64,000 nucleotides of DNA, taken from assembly GCA_030141605.1 (NCBI GenBank), contig JAQGDQ010000136.1:310001-374000 (forward strand), read 5' to 3'. Position numbers and translations under genes: made by a program. The notes under the pieces were generated by a model. That model was not told the DNA's origin and ran no database searches. It saw only the letters and a list, made by a program, of their open reading frames with translations. Below are positions 1-12,700 of this stretch, piece after piece (within the stretch, counting starts at the first letter, position 1; each line of letters starts with the position of its first letter). This DNA is from Tubiluchus corallicola. Taxonomy: Eukaryota > Animalia > Priapulida.

Positions 1-239
1 CGCGTCGAGGGTTTCTGGCTTAAAAAATTTCTTAATGTTTGCACATGTTGACCATGAGGTTTTAAAAAAATTACTAGTTTTCGGCAATAATCGCCACAGA
101 ACCGTAATTCAACGTGAACAGGCTGACAGCCGTTAATACACCACAAACAGTTGGTTTGCGCGAACGTCGGGTTTTAGCACACCACAGGTACTTGCTTGCA
201 AGCATCTTACAAATACTGCCAGGGGTTCTGCGAAGCACG

Positions 240-302
240 ATAATAATAATAATAATAATAAATTTTGGCGAGCCCCTTTCGGCCGAAAGGCGGTCTCAAA
301 AT
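240..302. mobile_element. (TAA)n tract followed by GC-rich palindrome; probable 3' end of a non-autonomous Helitron/Helentron-like element
   Basis: (TAA)~7 at 240-260; perfect palindrome CCTTTCGGCCGAAAGG at 275-290 with weaker outer pairing; no coding part visible. Confidence 0.35.
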
Positions 303-1247
303 AATGTAAAAAGATAATAGGTGCGTAATTTATTTTACTGACGATTTAGAGATTATCTTTATTGTTGCACGTCTGTGTCTTACGCACTCCACTCCCGACT
401 TTGTAGCTACTGAAACCTACAAGTGAGCAAAGATTTTATATTCACGCTTTGTACGACTTTTTGACACAATCTTCAGTCTAACAAACACATTTGGTCCTTT
501 ACTGTTCTTATCAATTTCATAATATTAAGGTCCAATATGCCCACCTGGTCTAAGATATTCCCAAGGTATGTTTGTCAGCTAGCTGATTAGTGAAATTTTT
601 CAGAAAAAAGCAAAGTTAAACATGACGATGAGAGAAACAGTTATATTTCAATTTTCTTACGATTAAATTCTTTATTGATTAAACTATGTCTTTTAGACGC
701 AGTTTTAAACTACAAACGCAGACCTCCTTGTAGGCTTTGATCGCCTTGTGATCTATTAATCGTCTTCCTAGGTAGCGCCACGCTACTTGTAAAATCTGAA
801 CGCGGGGGCCTGGAGTAGATAGTACGCATATGCGAGTTACTCTATGAAACTACTGTCAAGGCTCATTTTTTCAATAATGAAATATTGTTGACTCTTTGAT
901 TTTTGAACATAAAAGATGACAAGAGTTAGGAAAAGATATTAGAAAAATGTCAAAACATATGTCGAGGCCTATCCACTTCTTTCTGTCTAGCAGGCATATC
1001 ATTTTCTTGACACACAAGAAAAGCTCATTAACATGAGAATACATAAAATGCACCAGCATGAAACCTATATTTCATAAATAGCGTATTTAATAACAGTACA
1101 GACCTACTTATGGCCGCTCAATTATTTAACTTCTTTTGATAGCATTCTTGCCGTGTTATTTATGCTGTGATTGTCTTACTTGTAACACACAAACGCCAGA
1201 AAACGGCAAAAACTGAAACTTGATCGCAACTGTTAAAATTAAGAGTT

Positions 1248-2012
1248 GCACAGAGTACTCTTCATTAAAAGCGTGCACATGGGTACGCGCAGGACACACA
1301 CTTCATTGTACACACAACACTTTTCATTAAAAATGTACACGTGTACATGCAGAGAACACTCTTTATTGAAAGTGTTCACACACGCAGAGAGCATACTTCA
1401 TTGAAAGTGTACACATGTGTACACGCAGAGAGCATTCTTCATTGAAAGTGTACATATGGGCACATGCAGAGAGCACTCTTTATTGGAAGTGTACCTATGG
1501 GCACATGCAGAGAGCACAATTCATTGAAAGTGTACATATGGGCACATGCAGAGAGCACTCTTTATTGAAAGTGTACACAAGGGTACACGCAGAGAGCAAA
1601 TTTCATTGAAAGTGTACACGTGTACATGCAGAGAGCACTCTTTATTGAAAGTGTACACACACGCAGACAGCACACTTCATTGAACGTGTACACATGTGTA
1701 CATGCAGAGAGCACTCTTCACTGAAAGTGTACACATGGGTACACGCAGAGAGCACACTTCATTGAAAGTGTACAGTGGGCACCTGCAGAGAGCACTCTTC
1801 ATTGAAGGTGTACACATGGGTACACGCAGTGAGCACACTTATTGAAAGTGTACACATGGGCACATGCAGAGAACACTCTTTATTGAAAGTGTACACATGG
1901 GTACATACAGAGAGTTCACTTCACTGAAAGTGTACACAAGTGTACATGCAGTCAGCGCACTTCATTGAGAGTGTGCAAATGTGTACACACAGAGAGCACA
2001 CCTCATTGAAAG
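1248..2012. repeat. ~41-bp minisatellite, ~19 copies
   Basis: Unit approx. GCAGAGAGCACTCTT(T/C)ATTGAAAGTGTACACATGGG(C/T)ACA(T/C); GCAG starts at 1466, 1507, 1548 (period 41). Confidence 0.95.
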
Positions 2013-2309
2013 TCAACATTAAATGAAACATGGCTATACTTTACAAAATCAAACTGTTTACATAAAAATTTGCTTGCAGAGAAGAAGACCTAGTAATATG
2101 TGGGAGTCTATTATTAACTACGCATGACTCCTAACCTTTAAAAAATTGCTAAAATCGTATAAGTTGCTCGAGAATTCTAAGAATTACATGTTTACAATAA
2201 CAAGCCGCGAAGCTCACACTGGTTACTAATAACGCATCGATTCCTGCACCAGCTGACAGTCAGAATAAATATTTTCTAAGCAGCCTTCCTTGTGTATCAC
2301 CTACCTCAG

Positions 2310-2455
2310 ATGCTATTGGCTGAGCGTGACACTCCCCCGCTTGTGATTGGTTGCTATTCTTATCTCATGTTGCCACGCCGGTGTACTGTATGGCAATCAG
2401 CTGTTACACTGTAGCTGCAGCACACACGAGTTTTGTGTGTGTACGTGTGCACGTT
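2310..2455 (+). promoter_or_regulatory. Putative promoter of DDIT4-like exon 1a
   Basis: Reverse CCAAT boxes (ATTGG 2315, 2346); RCGTG hypoxia-response-type cores (2324; 2443; reverse at ~2374 and ~2450) just upstream of ATG 2520. Confidence 0.4.
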
Positions 2456-2519
2456 AAGAAATTTGCGATCTATTGTATACATGCTATTTTCTAGCTATTG
2501 TATATTTGTAATTGGCCCG

Positions 2520-2745
2520 ATGAAGTACCCCGATATGAGCAAGACAACTGTAGTGCAATATAAGCGTACGCCAAGTCAGTTAGATTCTGGCACAGCTAGT
2601 AGCGGAGGCAGCGCCAATGTCTCGCAAAATCTTCAGGGAATGTTCCAGAGATTAGAAGAGGTCCTCTTCCATACCGAAGTAAAAGAGGGATTTCATCCTG
2701 AAACTGTGATAGAGACGACAAACACGGGTGGCGGAGGGGAAATTG
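2520..2745 (+). CDS. DDIT4: DDIT4-like first coding exon 1a (MKYPDMSK...GGGEI)
   Basis: ATG 2520, donor G|GTGAGT at 2745/2746; phase 1 matches exon 2. Confidence 0.65.
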
Positions 2746-5700
2746 GTGAGTCAAAGCTAAAACACCTAGCAAACTTTTTTTGCTAATCGTATGGCTGCAG
2801 CCTACTGTACATGTTATATACATATACTGGTTTAATACGGTGATACCAAAAGTTGTCCAGTTTTACGAGTATTTTAATTCATGTTTAGAAATAAGTTCAA
2901 ATAACCTTATCTTATTGTCGTATTAAAAAAAGTGAAAACACTTCACAAGACAAGACAAGGGTTTATTTGAATCAATTTTTACTACAAAAAAACAAGCTTT
3001 TAATGAGATGATGTGTAAGCTTAAAAATATAATTCATACGCCATATACATTTGCTGTGGCTTAATCTTGCTATCAACTTCATCCAGTCGTGAATTTTGAC
3101 TTTTTTGTAAAATGCCATAGAAACAAAATTAAGTTAGATGCAATAAAAGGTGCAAAAAGAGCAAAAAACCTCTAGTATTTCAGTACACCGTTTTCGTTTT
3201 TGTTTAATGTGTGTTTGTTATTTACCTTGTGTGTCTATTATGGTTTCTAAGCTGTTCGCAGGCTGGTGAAGCCAGATATTTTTAGCTATAGAACTAAATT
3301 TTCCACCTCCTGGTCTAACTTTTCCACGCCAGGCTGCGGCTAAACAGCGGAAGCCAATTGATACGCTTATTATAAAGCGTTCAGCGCTATAGTGTATGCG
3401 AAATCCGCGCGATACTAAACCGCGAGCAGTGCAGTTATTAAAACTGTGTTATTGCATATGCTCCACAATATCAGATTAATAATGCGTTTTTGTTTTGAAC
3501 TTCGTAAATTAACACTGCCTGTGCAATAACGTTTTATAAATAAATAAAATACTTCCTGTTTTTGGTCCTAATGTTTCTGGCTGGTGGCTTTGCAACTTGA
3601 TCTGCGAAAACGGGAATTTGTTCTCTGTATGTTGTATACTTGGCTGAGAGTTAAGCGAAGCAAGGCTGGGATAATACATGGACCGTTTAGTAATTGGCGA
3701 ATCTTATTAAATACATTTGAACAGAAGTTTCGAACCATTTAACTTGGCTTTCGAAGCTGTCGTCGTTGTTTGAGAAAACATTTAGAAAAATTCGTTTTGT
3801 TTCCGCTAATTCACGTGTGTGGTATGCTTGGGGCCAATGGGGGATAAAGAAATTCATTTAAATTGTCACGATTTTAAACCAGTTTCCTTCTTGAACAAAA
3901 GCCGTTGGTGCAGAATGTGGGTCTTAGTACTAACATTTGACTAAAACCAAATTTTGAACAGTTCTAGTTATGAACTAACTGCTTAAACGTATAAGTGACA
4001 GTGTTAACTGATAACACACTTACCACCTCTCTTATCTCGGCACTCATAAAAAAATCACCTTTCATGTTAAAAGGTTATTTTATCATCATAACACTTATTT
4101 ATTTATTATGAGTCATATATCACTACCGTCTAATTATTGAAATAGTAAAGGTATTAGCGTTAAAATTAACGTCCGTAAATTTAAATTCAAAGGAAAACAA
4201 GATGATTTTGGCATCTTACCCCACCACTTTGGAGTACGGCAAAAATTATACTAATACCTATAATAATGCCAAAGCGTTTCTGATAATTAAATAATATGTT
4301 AACAATTTAATTTAGAGTGGGTAAGTCTTAAGTATAAATATAGATGAGGCAATAGTGTGCTTAATACTAAATTTTAGGATCAAACACATTATTGTTATGA
4401 AAGAAAAATCAACTTTATATTTGCGTGAAATGAAAAGGCATTGTCCATTATTTTGCCTTTATGGTACTGGACAAACTTTCCACTGCCCTCCTCCAACGTA
4501 AAATTATCTGTTTTGCCCAGCAACTGGCATTGTGTTGAACAGTATAAAGCGTTTCTTTGTTAGGGGCACTCAGGGCGCAAACTCGAGCTAAGAATCAATG
4601 CTGAAAGCTGGGTCATACGAAGCGGCATTTGTTTTGCAAATACTAACTGCCAATCGAGTCACGTCGTATAAATAAAAAATGTCTTTCTAGTAATAGCTGT
4701 ATAGACTGCAGTCTACCTATCTACCTGCCCTGGCTGGCGACAAAAACTTGTTCGTCTTGTTTTTAAACAATAAGTCTGTCTGCCCGCTAGCTATGAAAAA
4801 ACTGGGCGACAGCAACGCGACTTCTATTGTTTGAAGTTTTTTAACCGTTTCCGTAACCATTTGCGACGTCTAAAGGAATCGCTGTGGCTAGAATTTTAAC
4901 AGTCTTTTTTCCAGAAAAAAATCGACAACTTTCAGTTCAGGATCATACGAAGGTCTTTTTGTATCTTACATTTAATTATTTCATTAGGCTTATTTATGAG
5001 AGGCTGCATTATGAAGATGATGAAATCAATTGGCAATGGCGATGAAAGCGCTCAGAGCGGTATGAACAGTACAAAATCAGCCATCATCTCGTGAACAGTT
5101 TTCGTAGCCGGAATCGGAAATTGTTTCCGCAGTCATAATAGAAGTAGTTTGCCATATGTGAAATTATGCGAAAGCAATTTATGCACGTTAAAATAGGCTT
5201 TGTCTTGTTGACAGTTGTGAGGAGGAACAAGTTTGGCTCAGCCTATGCTAAGTCAAGTGATGATTGTGGACGAGCTGAAAAACTCGTTTTGTGAATAATA
5301 TAACTGGTCGAAACAAATATAAAAATGCTGTTTTTCATTTCGTTTTAGCTAATGCGTCAAGTGTAGTATATCACTTGATTGTAATCATCCGACTTTCTAT
5401 CCCTATAGTTTTCTTTTTTCTTGATTACTTCTTTGCCAGCTGCCGTTCTCTTTTATCTCGTGTGTTTTTTTTGTGCTGCAGTTTTTGCATTGTTGCAACC
5501 TTTAACCTCTGTCCATCCCTTCTGAAGGTTACGAGCCGCCATCCAACAGTTTTCTCTTTTAACCTATACTCCTTAAAGTTGTTCAGTGTCTTGACTTTAA
5601 TTAAGAACTATTCAGACTAATTCACGCATCTGGTGCTGTAATGCTGTTGCCCAAAATTGAGCAATTTCCGAGTAGGGTAAGTTGGGGGACAGGAAGTACA

Positions 5701-6681
5701 ACAGTGTGTACAAGCAATTTCACATTTAACAGAACATAAAATAACCTCACAATAAGGTGTCTGTACATATCTAAAGATATTTCATGCTTTAGTTTTGTGT
5801 TCACAGGTTCCTTGCGAAAATACGCTAAATTGTTGTATCACCAAGTCCTTTCAATAATTTAACTCTTTCACTGGCGAACATGTTTATTGTAGCCGTGGAT
5901 GCTGTCCAGGCTCAATTTTCAAAGAAATCTTGATATAAAATTTCTGAATTTTTATAAAGATATTAATGAGAAAGTAACGACGCATACGAATTATTCGTTG
6001 TTCTTTGACAAAAATAATATTCACACTTATTATAGTTTATTAATGTTTGTTGACTGTTATTGCTGAGATTGTAGTTTGGATATCCTTTGCTCCATTTATT
6101 CACTTTATTGGAATGTTTAAGATTTATGATAGTATTATGTACGGTCTGGATTTAGTGCCATGATCAATTTTCGGATTTAAAAAATTTTAAAACTCATCGG
6201 AACATATCATCAACTTCATCAAACTTATTCAGTTGAGTGGCAGAAACGGAAAATGCCAATACAAACTGCAATAACATGTTTTCGGCTTAGACTGCTCTCC
6301 TTGACCCAGTGATTTATTTGCTCAAATTACAGCGAGCATTGGGGTTGCACGTTGCTTTCAGACGTGCTTATCTGAGCAGTAAATAACTCGGGATATTCCC
6401 ATGGAATTCTCCCTCCTGTGAGTACCGGAAACTATACCTGGTTGACTTGTATTTGTTCGTTTGCGAAAATGATTAGAGGACGATTGACACATGTCATGTT
6501 TTTGACGAATGATGTATAAGCACATTTGCACATGTCATGTTTTCGACAAATGATGTATAAGCACATTCATGTTTTACCTGGTTATAACCTCTTAAAACGC
6601 TTTTGCTGAGGAAAAGTTTATGGTAATATGATTTGCAGAAAACGAATTTTAGAAGCCTTCTTGGAGTTTTGGGGGCAAGAA

Positions 6682-6730
<49 letters not shown>

Positions 6731-9700
6731 CCTACTAAAGCACTAGTCCTACAGCTTGCTGTAGCTATAGCTATATCTGCTATAATTTCTAGCATTATTT
6801 ATAACCTTTATATAATTGTAATAAATAAAAATAAAATACCTATCTTTATTTAACGGAAGCCTTTGTTTCATATCATAACTGTAGGATCGTAATCTAAACG
6901 GCATTGATTATTTTGGACACTAAACGTTGTAGCATTATTTTCTTCGTGTAAGTTTGCGAAGAGACTGGAAAATGATTTTCTGTTTGCTACTGCGAAGGTA
7001 TAGCGAGCTTTGTGAAGATACGATGAAGACAAATTGTGGGTTGTCTTGTTACTAACCTAAATCACTATTTGCATTGAGATAAAGATAACACGTGTTGTGT
7101 ATAGAGTAACACAACTTTTGTGTGACAACCTGGTGGGTCACGGATGTTCATGCAAAATATTTTGTTGGTTGCCTAATGTGCAAGCACCCTCCTGCCCTCT
7201 CTCTTGTCACTTGGTGAATAAATTATCGATATAATCTTGTTTTTGCTTTATCACCAGTTGTGGTAAAAGGTCTGTGTTTGGCTGCGAAGTAAAATAGCGT
7301 CGGGTCCACTTATCAAATGGCCTGGTGACGGTTGTCATGCTTCTGTAACCTATAGTTTCAGGCTATTTCTTTCATTGAAGGGTGGTCATCGAGAATGTAT
7401 TTGACATCCGAACATGACTTGCTCACTTCTGCCGGGTGCTTCGTTCTAGATTCAGAAGATTATCCTTCCCGGTGAGTTAGATCCCGGTTCTGCTGCAACC
7501 GTCTACCGCAGTCTGCCTTGCACAATATCTAACTGTATAAAAAGCTGTTTATATGATGTCTTGAGCTTTTTTCCTAATTTTCCTTCGAGTAAGTGAACTA
7601 AATACAGCAGTTAGCTACATATCAGCCAGCAGCTAAGTTGAAAATGTCATATACATCTCACCTTGTATGCTTACGCAGTCGCTTTGTATACTAACACACA
7701 TACTGTTACGTAGAATCTATATTAATATCATACCCATTTGTAGCATACATAAAGCTACTTTTTAGCGTGGCTTAAGGGACCAGAAAAGGGGTACCCTAAA
7801 CTAGGTTTCAGAAAAAATCGCCTTAAAAAATTATATTATTTTATAGCAATTTTATGTTTATATCGTACTCGCATTAAAGGGATTTTTCTTTGTTTTCATT
7901 TTAAATTTCCCGCGGCACTGTTCCGACTGCACCATTACATCCCGTCATATACGCACAACATAAATCAGGGGAAGAAAGGCAAATGTTAAACTATGTCCTA
8001 AAAAACTTTCCATGCAAAATTATATTACTCAGCATTTTGCTTACCTGCTTGAAAGACTTATGTAACTGGAAAAGAAAATTATTAATTATTTAAAATGCTT
8101 TCACTAATTGGTAAAATCTCGCTACTCACCTTCCAGGGTGCACCACTCACAAACCGAAAAACGTATTATCTTCTTGACAAGATACAGTAATTTTAAATTT
8201 TCCTTAGTTAGTAACGTGCGCGCTACGAATGCTCTGATTATGTATGCTCTGTGTACACAAAGTAATCTAAACTTGTTTAAAATGACATATCGTCAAAATG
8301 GCTATGTCTAACGCTCATCGCGGGAGTTTAGATTTACATGATTTATACAGCGTTAACGCAACGCAAGTCTAATATGCAAAAAGGCAGCATATAGGTGGTA
8401 TAAAATTCCAAGACGAATTTTTAAGCTTTATGTAAGTGGAGGGTTTTCTTGTGCTTTAAGCCACTTGTGTCATTTAGTTAGCATATCCTGAAATGCTTTT
8501 TTAGAAGACACAATTATTCGCAAAAAGCGCTTTTGGCTGGCGAGGTTTCTTTGTAAAATATATGAGGTCATTTGCGTACAATGAACTGAGCCCTAAATCT
8601 GATCAAGATGAACTGCTAGAGTGCAACATTAATATTTATATAACGTCTTACGATATTGGTAAACTTTGGGCTGCCGAACCATGCCGACCTTCAACTCATG
8701 ATTATTTAGCAATTAACATGACAGTTCGTTACATATTACAATGCTCCCACTAAAAATGTTTTTGTTTTTAATTTCAGGCATTAAAGTAGTTTTGTAATCA
8801 TTCATTTTAATATATGAATTGAAGTAGATTCTAGGAATTAGTTTTGTTTTGGGTGTTTGCTCTGACTAGTGACAACAACAATTATTTACTAATTAGGCTA
8901 ATGTAACACTGAAGTTGTGCCGTTACGGTTATGCAGTCTGTGGAGGCGTGTGCTTATTCTTGGAAATTACACAAGTTCAATAATCACTTTTGTTTGCATA
9001 ATTAACTGCTATGATACTCCCAGGTTTCAGAATCATTTGTGCAATTAGGTACTCATATTTTATTGTTCTCGTTGTTATACCCAAAAATTTATACAAGCAC
9101 TGATTTGGCTTGATTAGCATTAAGATATAGTGTCCATAGTCCTGTACGAAAATGGCTAAAATTTACCCAAACTAGTTAGCTAAGCTAAAAGGGCTTTAGT
9201 GAAATGATAAACTGGTGCAGCTAGTGTTTTAGCTGCTGCGAAAATACATGTAAGTCTAAAACCAAAAAATGCTTAAAACATTCCCCTGGCAACAGCAACG
9301 CAGCCGCGCGCGCAGCGGAAAATTTCTATTCTCTTGATCTATTTTATTACGTAAGGTTATTCACCTCAGTTGAACGACTTCAGCGAGGTGCGAGATGTCT
9401 TGTAGAGGCATGTTAGTATAACATGTTTACAGGCGAAATCTTTCACTTGTTATTAAGGGAGGGCACAATGTTCTTTGGGTATTGGTTCTCCCATTATTCA
9501 TATAAATGGGAAAATTGTTACATTAAATAATTACTGGCTATTCTTCTCCCGTTGAAAGTGTTAGTATTATAGTAAATAGAAAGGGTAGAAATCGCCAGAT
9601 AAACGTAGTCTTGTATTAGTACACCGTATTCCTGTTTTATTATATGTAGGTGTGAAATATAGACAAAACTTTTTTGCATGGAATGTTGGCCTGTTAAATC

Positions 9701-12700
9701 TATATTAGGATCTGCTAATTATAGCTTATTCTTTTCTTGATCATTTTATATTCCGTTTGAAATCGTTTGGTGAGTTCAATTAAACCACAACATTTCGATT
9801 ATAATGGCATAAATAGTGAGCATCTTTATGGTTTTATAACTTTTTGGTTGTCGAGTTCGAATAGTGAATTGGGACTTTTTGAATGTTGCTTTAAAACTGT
9901 TTGTCTGTGCTGAGGTCGACCGTGTTCTACACATTTGCTCTAGAACTAAATTGGACTACTTATTTTAATATACTTTTTGCATAATATCTAGTTCGGCTAT
10001 ATATAGTAGTATTACAGTAATAGTACTGTATGTATCAGCATTTAAAAAAACAAAGCATGAATAAAAATAAAATAACGTAGATTGTCTGTTTTGGAGAGAT
10101 TGGCACCGCTTTCCTTTATAAAAAGATTTTTTAGAACAAAACCGCGCAACTTTTTCGCGAGCTCCTTTTGCAAAACCCTTTGGTAACTTGTTCAGATTGC
10201 AGTTTTGAAGAGGCTTACAGGAGCCTTTTATCTGAACTGTATGTGCAACCTAATGGTGTAAAGACGCATGTACCAACAAGCATCAGGATTGTGCAGCGAC
10301 AGTAGGCTAAGTGCGATTCAGCCAAAGACGGGATTGTCGAGATTCGAGAACCTATGAAACCCCAGACATAGTCCTCAGCTGTACACAATCGCCGAAAGAC
10401 CAGGCGGCCCGTAGGATTACAGTCACTAGTATCATCTGCATGGCCCACATGTTCTGTATCCAACATGTGTAAAACACAATAGCTGCATAATAAGAGCAAA
10501 CTAAAACAAGTCAATGCAATAATGGTACCAGTAAGCTGTTATATGGTGAATAAATTGTAGTTTTGATAACTATGTGTAAACTTATTACAATAGCTGCTCT
10601 AATCACTGTAATGTATACCGACAAACAGTGTAAGTAAGGTAGCATTACACTGGTCGAATCAACTTAAAAAGATGTAAAAAATTAGATTCTTATACACATG
10701 TGCATGACTTACATTCTTTCGTTTGGTTGCATGTCATTAAAAATTTTGAATGGAATATGGTTGAATCTACTGCTAAGTTAAAACCTCCACAACCCATTGT
10801 GCTTGTTTCATGTCATACTAAGTGCTGTGACAAAATGGGAGCCAAGGTCAGAAACACGTTTATGTACTGTTTACTCCCAATCTTTTGTTTTTACAGTCTT
10901 TCCAGACTTACGATATCTCCGTGCTCTGCTATAGACTCTGCCATAGAGCGGAAAATATAGAAATGTTGGTGGAGGTTTGCGAGTTTGAGAAAACGAGATG
11001 TCATGTATATCTTGTGAGTTTGGTTTGTGTGTTTTGATTATATAAGTGATCATTTGCTATTTTTGTTTGGAACCTGGAGATTTGTACCGATTTCCTGCTG
11101 TTTGGGGAAAGTTTCTCTTGTTATTCTAGTTTCTGGTGTCAAAGGCGATTGACTTGATGCTGCACCAAGTTGCACGTAGTCCCATGTTGTTTGCATAACT
11201 GAATCTTACGAGATAAACAAGAATCACCTAGTACATCAATCAGTCACGAAGTATTTAATGATTGAAGTACATGCTAACATAGGCATTACTAGCGTAAGCT
11301 TATTGTGTGTTCTGCGTAGGACGATCTTATTTGTCCTTGTAGTTAGCAGGCTACATAGAACTGAATAAATTAACCAATTACTAAGGTCTTCAAAATACTT
11401 GCACGCGTTTACAGAAAAATTATAATTAGGTTCCTGGTTAACTGCGTCGGGGTCAGAGGGTGAGTTTTACATTTTCTCGAGTGGGAGGGAGATTTTGTCT
11501 AGATGTTGTTACAATCAAGGCAAAAATTGCGTTTTGTTTATTTGGCAAACTAGGGTCATGCAGAGGAGCTGAGACTTCAGAATCAAATCCCGATAGTGAA
11601 AATACTCAAAACACTTTTCTTTGTTTCAGCGCATGCGCGATAATGTGAAGTGCTGACAGATGATAGAAAGTAATTTCTTAATAGGTGGTAGTATTGTAAA
11701 TTGTAATGCAGAACAGGACAGGATAAATTGCAAAAAATGTTAACAAACAGAGTCGTTTTGATCACAGGCATAATCTCCAAGTGCAATTAAATTGTCAAAA
11801 AATATCACAGAACGTGTTATACGCTTTTATATTACATGCGAAGTCATATTGCAGAGTATTTTTGACCAAAATCTAATTTCAGTACATTTTTCTGCCCTGC
11901 GCACACAGCATGGTTCACATTAGTTACGTTTCGTCCTTATTTGTCTTGCGTACCTGTTCACACTAATCAGTCAGTGAACCAATTTTTAGATTTGCGTGCC
12001 TGGATAAAGGTTACCTTCTGTCAAATACCTGTTAAGAAATCTCTTCCATGGATTATCTAAACTGATATGACGTGTTTGGTTCAACAGCCACTGTCGTCAT
12101 AACCAACTTATTGAAAATTCCAATGACAGGTTTATTTGAAAAGATTTTGCTTATTCATAATTTCGAGCAAGGAACATTTCATTCACATTTAAAAGCGGAC
12201 ATTCAGAAACAACACATTTAGGTTCGATTTTGTGTCTATGCATTCATTACTATGGGGCTATAGAGTGTAAGTGTTTTGGGACAATTGAGTAATTAAGGTG
12301 TATTTTTCATGACTTAGTAAAATTTGAATACCCAGCGTAGTACTGTGGTAGTACTTACACATACATTGGCTGAAGCTAAACTAGGGATTCTTGACTCAGT
12401 GTTACTGTACTATAGGACCATAGGATGGGATCGTTTAAACAGATAACAGTAGTTTTTGACACGGAGGTTTATAGACGCTGGCTATTTCGACACATACATT
12501 TTAGACACTTAGGTTATTTGGATACTAGGTATTTTGGACACAGGTCATTTGGATACAAAATGATTTGAACACATAGGACACTAGATAGTTTGGACATGTA
12601 GATTATTTGTATTCATAACGTTATTTGGACACAGTTAAAATCATGGGGACAGCTGACTTTAAACCACTTTTCTGCAAAATTCAAGGGTTTTGTGATGTCT

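Noticed and set aside
1248-2012. CRISPR-like array
   Set aside because: No unique spacers, whole units are homologous, no cas genes, eukaryotic context; it is a minisatellite
5858-6380. piggyBac-like MITE starting TTAA|CTCTTTC
   Set aside because: No matching opposite terminus found
7362-7471. AG...GTGAGT-bounded segment as a DDIT4 coding exon
   Set aside because: Immediate stop in phase 1, and no frame joins exon 2 productively
11430-11459. 30-nt in-frame DDIT4 microexon with a strong donor
   Set aside because: Acceptor lacks a pyrimidine tract (A-rich)
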